Shown here piece after piece: positions 8,811-15,590 of a stretch of DNA of 21,402 bases. The stretch is from Promethearchaeota archaeon (GTDB lineage: Archaea > Asgardarchaeota > Hermodarchaeia > Hermodarchaeales > Hermodarchaeaceae): positions 1 through 21,402 of the forward strand of contig JBHLMG010000031.1 in assembly GCA_048938385.1 (NCBI GenBank). The letters run 5' to 3'. Each line of letters opens with the position of its first letter. Position 1 is the first letter of the stretch. The position numbers and the translations under genes were made by a program. The notes below the pieces were generated by a model. It was given only the letters and a program-made list of their open reading frames with translations, did no database searches and was not told where the DNA came from.

Positions 8811-9488
8811 TTGGTCTATGGAACATTCGATTCGGTTGAAACCGTCATTATCGGCGGCTGGTTTGTCATCATCGGATACTTCTTTCTCCTGTTCATCTAC
8901 TTTCTAGCATTCCGGTTCCGTGACTCGAAGAACCCCTTTCATTTAGGGTTTGGCTTGTTCTTCCTCTTACTCGGCGTCGCGAGGGCCTTTTTCTTGGCGT
9001 GGGACTTTTACTCACCGAACCCCTTATGGTGGTTGGTAGCCACGGTAGTGTCCTGGCTAGCCATCTTTACAGTGTTCCTTGCCCTAGCGTACCAAACCAT
9101 TGAGCGCCACCTATGGCAGATCGTGTTAATTTCCTCACCACCCCTCATCATCGCCATCCTCATCGGAGCTTTTCCGATCTTTTTCTGGCCACCAGCGGTT
9201 GTTGGAGTCGTCAACATTGGTTACGCGATTTCAAATTTAGCGATACTTCCCCTCTATGTCGTCGTGTTGCCAGCAATCTTCTTCTGGATCGGCTTTCAAC
9301 TAAGAGGGCAACTGCGGACAAGTAACTTCCTCCTGGGAACCGGGTTGCTCATCTATTATGGTGGGCGTGTCGTTCAGTCTAGCCTAGCCACCTTCCTTGG
9401 AACCCTTGGTGGCATCCTTGCACCCATTCTTGTCTTCATCGCTTTAGTCCTTATTGCTGTAGGAGTGCTCCTCGAAGAACACGAATAG
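8811..9488 (+). CDS. Uncharacterised integral membrane protein with about 7 TM helices
   Basis: 225 aa, seven hydrophobic segments with short loops, no soluble domain, no Lys in the last helix. Confidence 0.85.
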   Translation: MVYGTFDSVETVIIGGWFVIIGYFFLLFIYFLAFRFRDSKNPFHLGFGLFFLLLGVARAFFLAWDFYSPNPLWWLVATVVSWLAIFTVFLALAYQTIERHLWQIVLISSPPLIIAILIGAFPIFFWPPAVVGVVNIGYAISNLAILPLYVVVLPAIFFWIGFQLRGQLRTSNFLLGTGLLIYYGGRVVQSSLATFLGTLGGILAPILVFIALVLIAVGVLLEEHE

Positions 9489-9515
9489 TTAACCCTTCAC
9501 AGAAAGTGAGTATTC

Positions 9516-10109
9516 CTATTCGATGAGATCGAGCTTATTGAGCTTATACAGGAGTGCTTCAACATCGTGTTGAGGTAGCCCAACAACCTCAGCGATATCC
9601 TTCGGTGAACGCTTACCGTTACACTCCTTCGCGACATTGTATTCTTCTTCGCTAATTTGGCCGAGTTTGACCATTAAGCGAGGAAGCCCCCGTTTCAATT
9701 TGGGTGCAGGAACATCGGCTTCTCCGATGAGCCCATTATTGAGTAATTCGTTAAGTTCGGGCGTAAAGGAGAAGAACACAAGCTTCCCATCCCATTCTTT
9801 AAGGACCTCTTGGTAGCGAACAGTGAATTGGGAAATCACTTCGTCTAGCGCCCGAAGGACATGCAATCGGCTATCTTCTTTGTCGACCACCGCCGCAACG
9901 ACGATTAGGTCGCCGGCCGCATAGGTAATGTAGAACTCGCCCATCTCCACGATTCGGGCTTCACCTTTCCCTTTAGACACCATTCGGGCAAACTCCCGGA
10001 TGGCAGAAAAGAACCCCGCAACTAGCGTGGGATCGAGGTCGATTTCTCCGAATTTTTGGTCGAGGAGACAGACCCCGCTTGGGTGCATTAGATAGACCAC
10101 ATGCAGCAC
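9516..10109 (-). CDS. Longin-like domain plus C-terminal winged-helix protein
   Basis: N-terminus VYLMHPSGVCL...LVAGFFSAIREF...WDG resembles Asgard longin-like domains; C-terminus CNGKRSPKDIAEVVGL...LYKLNKLDLI is WH-like. Confidence 0.75.
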   Translation of the reverse strand: MLHVVYLMHPSGVCLLDQKFGEIDLDPTLVAGFFSAIREFARMVSKGKGEARIVEMGEFYITYAAGDLIVVAAVVDKEDSRLHVLRALDEVISQFTVRYQEVLKEWDGKLVFFSFTPELNELLNNGLIGEADVPAPKLKRGLPRLMVKLGQISEEEYNVAKECNGKRSPKDIAEVVGLPQHDVEALLYKLNKLDLIE

Positions 10110-10164
10110 TTTTCGAGCCCCGTGGAAATGGGTTTTCGTATTATTTGCTTAGGAAAGCCCAGTC

Positions 10165-10169
10165 AAAAA
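10165..10169 (-). terminator. Oligo-T tract downstream of tRNA-Leu, possible terminator
   Basis: TTTTT on the minus strand about 15 nt after the encoded CCA. Confidence 0.4.
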
Positions 10170-10201
10170 GGTAACGATAGCAAGTGGTGCGGGGGGAGGG
10201 A

Positions 10202-10228
10202 ATTTCGGACCTCGCATCGCGTGGTTCT
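10202..10228 (-). other. tRNA intron 4 (position 59/60, 27 nt)
   Basis: GAGGG-TTCG-AA|A-GA...TC-CGAA-AT|T-CCCTC; perfect BHB on the T-stem. Confidence 0.92.
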
Positions 10229-10259
10229 TTCGAACCCTCGAACCGCTGCCGGACAGGAT

Positions 10260-10281
10260 TTCTCCATCTGCCTGGTCAGAT
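10260..10281 (-). other. tRNA intron 3 (canonical position 37/38, 22 nt)
   Basis: CTCA-AG|A-TCTG..CAGA-t-GGAG-AA|A-TCCTG; relaxed BHB with an A.G mismatch. Confidence 0.9.
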
Positions 10282-10288
10282 CTTGAGT

Positions 10289-10318
10289 AACGCCGTCAAC
10301 CTGCCTTCGCAGGTGACT
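10289..10318 (-). other. tRNA intron 2 (position 30/31, 30 nt)
   Basis: GG-CGCA-GG|A-[GTCACCTGC-gaag-GCAGGTTGAC]-GGCG-TT|A-CT; BHB with one A.G mismatch in the central helix. Confidence 0.85.
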
Positions 10319-10343
10319 CCTGCGCCGTTGACCAGGCTTGGCT

Positions 10344-10365
10344 TTAGGGTCTAGCTGTGCTAGAA
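10344..10365 (-). other. tRNA intron 1 (position 8/9, 22 nt)
   Basis: GGC-GGGG-GT|T-TCTAGC-aca-GCTAGA-CCCT-AA|A-GCC forms a complete BHB; removal restores U8-A9-G10. Confidence 0.85.
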
Positions 10366-10444
10366 ACCCCCGCCGCCTAGTCTAGCGAGATGGACCTATG
10401 TACAGGCCCCCGCACGGGAGCTGTGTCAATGAATGCCGTCTGTG

Positions 10445-10454
10445 TATTTTAAAG
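10445..10454 (-). promoter_or_regulatory. Candidate TATA box for tRNA-Leu
   Basis: CTTTAAAATA on the minus strand; standard spacing puts the TSS near 10420-10425, giving a leader of about 50 nt. Confidence 0.55.
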
Positions 10455-10507
10455 ATTTGTCATGCGGGCTTTGGGATTTCTCTTCTTTGAATGGCACAAC
10501 TAAAGAC

Positions 10508-10516
10508 CTTTATATC
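10508..10516 (+). promoter_or_regulatory. Candidate TATA box for gcvH
   Basis: CTTTATATC preceded by A-rich AAAGAC, about 50 nt upstream of ATG 10566. Confidence 0.5.
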
Positions 10517-10565
10517 GGGAAAAGCGAACACGAATTTAATTAAATGCTTTGAGGCTGTTGTGACG

Positions 10566-10958
10566 ATGTCAAAGATTCCCTCAGACTTATTTTATACAAA
10601 AGAACACGAATGGGTCCGTCAAGAAAAGGACGCCATACGTGTAGGCATTACTGATTATGCCCAAGAAGAACTGCACGAAATTGTGATGGTCGAACTTCCT
10701 TCGGTGGGAACTGAAGTTAAAGTCGGTTCGATTTTTGGCACGGTCGACTCAGTGAAGGCCACCTCAGAACTCTTTTCGCCTATTTCTGGAAAGGTTGTAG
10801 AGGTTAATGATAAACTCGAGGAGGCACCAGAGCTAGTCAACAACGATCCCTACGGGGATGGATGGATGATTGTGATTCAGCCCACTAACCCGGACGAGGT
10901 TAAGGCTCTGATGAATCCTGATGATTACAAGAAGTTCCTAGCCGAACTGGTGAAATAA
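10566..10958 (+). CDS. gcvH: Glycine cleavage system H protein (lipoyl carrier)
   Basis: YTKEHEW, GITDYAQ, DSVKA lipoyl-Lys motif, VNNDPYGDGW. Start set at ATG 10566; the track's longer start spans the candidate promoter. Confidence 0.96.
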   Translation: MSKIPSDLFYTKEHEWVRQEKDAIRVGITDYAQEELHEIVMVELPSVGTEVKVGSIFGTVDSVKATSELFSPISGKVVEVNDKLEEAPELVNNDPYGDGWMIVIQPTNPDEVKALMNPDDYKKFLAELVK

Positions 10959-10987
10959 CCAGAAACCAGCGTGGTCGGTACGAGAAC

Positions 10988-10996
10988 TTTTTTAAG
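10988..10996 (+). promoter_or_regulatory. Candidate TATA box for aglB
   Basis: TTTTTTAAG about 50 nt upstream of ATG 11046, which has an AGGTGA SD. Confidence 0.45.
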
Positions 10997-11045
10997 CAGA
11001 CGGAATTATCAAGGCACCACTTGTCCTGCCAATATAGGTGACCGA

Positions 11046-14000
11046 ATGTCAGTGCGTGATTCGCTCCGGTCCATTGGATCTTTCTTACGGCGACACATCA
11101 TTGGTCCCCAGATGGAAATCTCAAAGGCCAATGTGATGGCAGCGTTCGCTTTACTGGTTATTGCAGTCATTGCCCTCATGATTCGGCTCTTGCCTATGAT
11201 TGGATTCGAAACGATGGTTCGAGCCTTCGACCCATGGTACAACTTTCGTGAAGTCGAATTCATTATCGAGAATGGCTTTCAAGCTTGGTTTGGATGGTAT
11301 GATAATACTTCCTGGGTACCTTATGGACGCAATATTCCACGATCGTCTTATCCTGGAATTCCATTCACCACAGCCTTTATGTTTCTCGCCCTTCAGAGTG
11401 TGGGAATTCAGATTGACCTGTTGACTCTCGCAGTCCTGTTCCCCGCCATCATGGGCGTGCTTGGCGTAATCGCCATGTATTTTCTAGGAGTAGAAGTCGC
11501 CTCTAAGGAGATTGGATTGTTTGCTTCCTTTTTCATGGCCATCATTCCCGCCTATACGCAACGAACAATCGCAGGATTCTTCGATAACGAAGCGATTGGT
11601 ATCGTAGCAATTATTCTTGTTCTCTTCTTCTTTCTGCGCGCCCTACGAAAGGGCTCAATTGCCTCGGCAATACTCGGTGGTCTATCCCTAGGGTATCTTT
11701 CTGCGAGTTGGAGTGTTTATTTGTACATGTTCCAGATCCTCGCAATCTTCGCACTCCTCATGATCTTAATTCGACGCTATTCGCGTCGACTTTTACTTGC
11801 CTATACCGGAGTGGTGCTCACGGGGATGGTGATTGCAGTATGCATTCCCCGTATTGGGCCTGACTTTCCCACCTCTACGACAGGATTAATCCCGTTAGGT
11901 GTTTTTGCGCTCTTATTACTTGTCGAATTTAGCCGATCCTTCCGCCTTTCCGAAATCAATCTGCCCGGGGTCATAGAAGGTTTCTCGACTCGTATTCGAC
12001 CTTATTTGGCATACATCTTTGGTGCTATGTGCGCGCTCATCGTCGTCGGTCTTGGATACCTGTTCCAGTCAGGCCTCATCATTAACCTAGGAACAGCCAC
12101 TCCGAGCACAGGAATTTTTGGAAGCCTTGCTGGTAAATTCTATACGGTTATTGATCCCCTAATTCGACAGAACGCGTTTCTCCTTGCCTCAGTAGGCGAA
12201 CACCTTCCCGCACCCTGGGCTACCTTCTGGTACAATCTCACCTTTCTTGTCCTGCTTATGCCCTTTGGATTCTACATAGCTTTTCGTCGAGAACGAGAAA
12301 CCGATATTCTCCTCATCATTTTTGCCCTGACCGCGCTTTATTTCAGCGGATCCATGATTCGATTGGTCCTGTTGCTTGCTCCCGCAGCCGCCATCCTTGG
12401 TGCCTACGGATTGATGATGGCTATCCGTCCTTTGCGCCCGATTTTCTGGCAACGCCCCATTTTAACCCGGCGTCGCCGCCGTATCACTCCACCAGCTTCA
12501 CGAAGTTACGCCACGACAGCATACCTGTTTCTCATCATCCTGCTCCTCGGTGCAACCTTTACATCACTGCAAGCCGTGGATCAAATGGGTGCGCCCGAAA
12601 TTACTCCAGGAGGACGAGATGCCAACCAAAATCCCTTTGACTTTAGAGACTATCTGGAAGCCTTTTCCTGGATGCGCTATCATACTCCCCAAGACTCGAT
12701 CTTTGTGTCTTGGTGGGATTATGGTTACTGGACTCGAGAAGTGGGAGATCGGCGAACTGTGGTGGATAATGCTACAATAAATAAAACCCAGATAGGATGG
12801 GTTGGCCGAATGTTCCTGGAAACTGATCCAGTGGAAGCTTTGCGGATATGTCAACGCTTTGGCGTGGATTACGTCTTCGTGCATTTCGGACTAGGTAGGA
12901 GCTCCTTTAGCGGTGACGAAGGGAAATGGCAGTGGATGATACGGATCGCTGGAGAAGTCTTTGGCGATGAAGTACCCCCTGAGAGCGCCTTCTGGAACGA
13001 AACCGAAGGGTGGTACAAACCAGCCTACTGGCAGACCCTCATCTACAACATGCTCTGGGTAAACTCCACGGCTATTGGAGCAGATGGTAACCGCCCCAAG
13101 GACGAAGAGGGAAACCTAGGACCAATGCCTGGGTACACCATTGAACCAGGTGGAACCATCTTCAGCCTCTTTGAACCAGTGTACTTCTCTCAGACCCAGT
13201 TGATGAAGATCTTCAAATGCAACTACACCTATCTAGAAAGCTCAATGACTTTAGGCGGTGCCAGCGCATACGCGGTCCACCAAGGCGAAACAGGCATTCG
13301 AGATCTTTCCTCAGTGGTTGTTGAGGTGAAAAACACAGGACAACATTCCTTCGTCATTGACTCGGCCGATATCGGATACTGGGATGCCCGGAACAATAGG
13401 TATTCGGTGGACACATTCTCCAATTTGTGGCTTACCACAACCACAGGAACGCTCCAAGTGGAGCCTGGCGAGACTACGATGTTGCACATACGCGCCCAGC
13501 CTTTCTTCACTGTCGGCACAGATGTAAATGTGACCGTTAAAGCCGCTGGATTTCGACCCACACTGAATGCTACCATTACAGTTCCAGTACGCTCAGCTCC
13601 TGCCTATGAGTTGAGTGCTATCACGGCCAATTCCTACGCTTATGCAAATGGCACAATCTACATTGAGCTCGAAAACACAGGTGAAGGCTATTTAGAAATC
13701 GACAAAGAAGCCACCATCGAGGATACTGACATCCCCCTTGAGGGAACCAGTGACCGCGGTCGCCTCCTCTTCAAAGGGGAACGTATCGGTTTTAGGTTAG
13801 ATGCGGCCGCGTACGGTTTATCCCTTAGTCTTGGAGAAATAATCTCGGTGAGGGTGCATTACATGAGTTTCCTTCCAACCTATTCGGGGTTGAATGTGTC
13901 ATTTTCTCTAACAGTGCAGGCAACTCCCAGCCCCTCAGTGCCCCAATCATCGGTGATTTCGGATTCGCAGGTTGAACGACTCCAGGCGGACCTTCTACCT

Positions 14001-14096
14001 GAGATTACTGGTCCTGATTATTCTATTAGGCCGTTTCCATTCACGGTTTTTGTCGAAAGTAGTGCCTTTTTCATTTTACGGCGATACGAGCCGTAA
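11046..14096 (+). CDS. aglB: Oligosaccharyltransferase AglB/STT3 with a long C-terminal extension
   Basis: FDPWYN, GFFDNE, SVGEH, WWDYG, DNAT and DEGKWQWM (DK motif); multi-TM N-terminal half. Confidence 0.95.
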   Translation: MSVRDSLRSIGSFLRRHIIGPQMEISKANVMAAFALLVIAVIALMIRLLPMIGFETMVRAFDPWYNFREVEFIIENGFQAWFGWYDNTSWVPYGRNIPRSSYPGIPFTTAFMFLALQSVGIQIDLLTLAVLFPAIMGVLGVIAMYFLGVEVASKEIGLFASFFMAIIPAYTQRTIAGFFDNEAIGIVAIILVLFFFLRALRKGSIASAILGGLSLGYLSASWSVYLYMFQILAIFALLMILIRRYSRRLLLAYTGVVLTGMVIAVCIPRIGPDFPTSTTGLIPLGVFALLLLVEFSRSFRLSEINLPGVIEGFSTRIRPYLAYIFGAMCALIVVGLGYLFQSGLIINLGTATPSTGIFGSLAGKFYTVIDPLIRQNAFLLASVGEHLPAPWATFWYNLTFLVLLMPFGFYIAFRRERETDILLIIFALTALYFSGSMIRLVLLLAPAAAILGAYGLMMAIRPLRPIFWQRPILTRRRRRITPPASRSYATTAYLFLIILLLGATFTSLQAVDQMGAPEITPGGRDANQNPFDFRDYLEAFSWMRYHTPQDSIFVSWWDYGYWTREVGDRRTVVDNATINKTQIGWVGRMFLETDPVEALRICQRFGVDYVFVHFGLGRSSFSGDEGKWQWMIRIAGEVFGDEVPPESAFWNETEGWYKPAYWQTLIYNMLWVNSTAIGADGNRPKDEEGNLGPMPGYTIEPGGTIFSLFEPVYFSQTQLMKIFKCNYTYLESSMTLGGASAYAVHQGETGIRDLSSVVVEVKNTGQHSFVIDSADIGYWDARNNRYSVDTFSNLWLTTTTGTLQVEPGETTMLHIRAQPFFTVGTDVNVTVKAAGFRPTLNATITVPVRSAPAYELSAITANSYAYANGTIYIELENTGEGYLEIDKEATIEDTDIPLEGTSDRGRLLFKGERIGFRLDAAAYGLSLSLGEIISVRVHYMSFLPTYSGLNVSFSLTVQATPSPSVPQSSVISDSQVERLQADLLPEITGPDYSIRPFPFTVFVESSAFFILRRYEP

Positions 14097-14218
14097 CGAT
14101 CTTCAATGGAAAACCGAGCAGGATGAGCATTTTTTACTGGTCCATCACATGTTGGACATTGCTGGGCATTCATAGTGTAGCCATTACATCGACTACACTT
14201 TTTCAAAAGTCGCGTCAA
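14018..14218 (-). CDS. nop10: H/ACA RNP protein Nop10
   Basis: KCSRC..YTM..CPTC..HPARFSIEDRYGSYR; follows aIF2alpha. Start uncertain (TTG 14218 or 14233). Confidence 0.92.
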   Translation of the reverse strand: MTRLLKKCSRCNGYTMNAQQCPTCDGPVKNAHPARFSIEDRYGSYRRKMKKALLSTKTVNGNGLIE

Positions 14219-14250
14219 GAATATCACACTCAAATTTGATGGGGGTTCTC

Positions 14251-15060
14251 CTAGCTAGCTGAAGACATTTGGCCCTCGCCACCGCAGGCTTTGATTACTT
14301 CAAAGCTTTTCTCGACGGCTTTTTCTAGGACATGTTCTGCTTGTTTGTAATCTTTGCCCATGACACGAATTCGATACCGAGGTGCACCTTCAAGGAATAC
14401 CTCGCCACCATCAGGTGTAACGATCTCTTCAGCAGCGAGAAGTGCTTTGCGAACCCCCTCAACACCCTCAGGACCTCGGCAAATGAGTTCAATAGTTTTT
14501 TCTACACTAACTTCTCGCACAATCACATGTGCTTGAGCTAGTTCGTACAGCAACTCAGCCCATTTTTTGGGAATACCCAAATCAGTTAAGATTTTAGGAC
14601 CTTTCTCTTTGGTTTCTTCGAGCGCTTCCAGCATGTCGGAGTAGGCTGCAGCCATTTGTTGCCCTGCAATTTCATAGGCTTCTTCAGGGGTCTTCTTCAT
14701 GCGTTCAGCAGCCAAAGCGAGAAGTTTACTGCCGCGTTGTGCCCGTTTCCACTCTTGAATTTTCATTCGGCTCTGTTCTTTGGTGACTCGCCGTAAGGAA
14801 GTGTCAACTTGTCGGCGTGATGGATCTACACGGAGAACTTTTAGGACAATCTTTTGATTTTCACGAACAAAGTTCCGGATGTTACGGACCCAAGTGGAGG
14901 CAATTTCGGATATATGGATGAAGCATTCATGTTCAATGTATTCATCCATAGTGGCGTAAGCACCATGGGAAGTGATCCGTTGCACGGTAGCGATAACAAG
15001 ATCGCCAACTTCAGGAAGTTTCTGCTGAGATGAGGAGGTATGTGGTTCTGCACGCGGCAT
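14251..15060 (-). CDS. eif2a: Translation initiation factor aIF2 alpha subunit
   Basis: S1 domain LPEVGDLVIATV...IHISE...VLRVD, GAPRYRI; conserved synteny; ATG 15060 has a GGGTGA SD. Confidence 0.95.
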   Translation of the reverse strand: MPRAEPHTSSSQQKLPEVGDLVIATVQRITSHGAYATMDEYIEHECFIHISEIASTWVRNIRNFVRENQKIVLKVLRVDPSRRQVDTSLRRVTKEQSRMKIQEWKRAQRGSKLLALAAERMKKTPEEAYEIAGQQMAAAYSDMLEALEETKEKGPKILTDLGIPKKWAELLYELAQAHVIVREVSVEKTIELICRGPEGVEGVRKALLAAEEIVTPDGGEVFLEGAPRYRIRVMGKDYKQAEHVLEKAVEKSFEVIKACGGEGQMSSAS

Positions 15061-15098
15061 CGATATCACCCTGAATAAATGGGTTTGTGAGTAGCGAA

Positions 15099-15296
15099 TC
15101 AGCTTAATTCTTGCACGGTTTCCCCAAGGATTTTTGCTTTCCCTCCGGTGGGTTCCGTGAGGGGTTTTCCACAGACATCACACGCTACTTTTCGGGTCGC
15201 CCAACCAAAGACAATTTGCTCATGTTCACATTCGTTGCACTTGACAAGAAGGAATCGGGATCGGGGTTCCGGAATAGATTTCTTTGATTTCGGCAA
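15099..15296 (-). CDS. rps27e: 30S ribosomal protein S27e
   Basis: PRSRFLLVKCNEC...CDVCG..PTGGKA. Confidence 0.96.
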   Translation of the reverse strand: MPKSKKSIPEPRSRFLLVKCNECEHEQIVFGWATRKVACDVCGKPLTEPTGGKAKILGETVQELS

Positions 15297-15314
15297 TGTT
15301 TTTTCACTCCATGA

Positions 15315-15590
15315 CTACACTAATTCCAGTTTTTTCAGTCTTAGGCCCTCTCGTACCGTGACATGCCCGCAATCTTTGCATTTCAAGCGAAGAGATTGCT
15401 TCTTGGTAACCTTCGAGAATCGTTTTTGAATTGGTTTAGGCTGTGAACCGTAACCTGATTCTTTTCGATTGTAGCGACGGCGTCCAGCCGATAGAATGCG
15501 TTCGCGACCCTTCTTGTATAGACTGACGGCGTGTTCCCGGTGTCCTTTGCACCGCGCACAATATGTGTTAATGGTCTTTGGCACCTTCAT
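15315..15590 (-). CDS. rpl44e: 50S ribosomal protein L44e
   Basis: MKVPKTINTYCARC..H..GYGSQPKP..KVTKK..LKCKDC. Confidence 0.96.
   Translation of the reverse strand: MKVPKTINTYCARCKGHREHAVSLYKKGRERILSAGRRRYNRKESGYGSQPKPIQKRFSKVTKKQSLRLKCKDCGHVTVREGLRLKKLELV

Larger units (their letters stand above)
10185..10373 (-). tRNA. tRNA-Leu(CAA) with four BHB introns; exons 10366-10373, 10319-10343, 10282-10288, 10229-10259, 10185-10201
   Basis: Joined exons give 88 nt, GCGGGGGTAGCCAAGCCTGGTCAACGGCGCAGGACTCAAGATCCTGTCCGGCAGCGGTTCGAGGGTTCGAATCCCTCCCCCCGCACCA: 7-bp acceptor stem, U8/A9, GG D-loop, CAGGA/TCCTG anticodon stem, CAA anticodon, long variable arm, GAGGG-TTCGAAT-CCCTC T-arm, A73 and encoded CCA. 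Confidence 0.93.

Noticed and set aside
8811-9488. Rhodopsin
   Set aside because: No retinal-binding Lys in helix 7 and no DxxxK-type motif.
10101-10286. 61-aa plus-strand ORF
   Set aside because: Antisense to the tRNA and the longin gene start; no recognisable protein features.
10202-10365. Intron-encoded C/D guide RNA or homing endonuclease
   Set aside because: Introns are 22-30 nt; there is an isolated CTGA but no box C partner and no coding room.
10367-10413. Fifth intron (40 nt) in the acceptor stem as a firm call
   Set aside because: All seven registers were checked by eye. The best (5/6) has a weak central helix with a G.G mismatch and no outer helix, so it is kept only as an alternative hypothesis.
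10185-10415. SRP RNA or another single structured ncRNA, suggested by the terminal inverted repeat
   Set aside because: No SRP helix-8 GGAA/AGCA motif; the sequence is explained by tRNA exons, BHB introns and a leader.
10407-10415. Integration (att) site of a mobile element
   Set aside because: The repeat is only 7-9 nt, there is no integrase or cargo, and the flanks are ordinary chromosomal genes.
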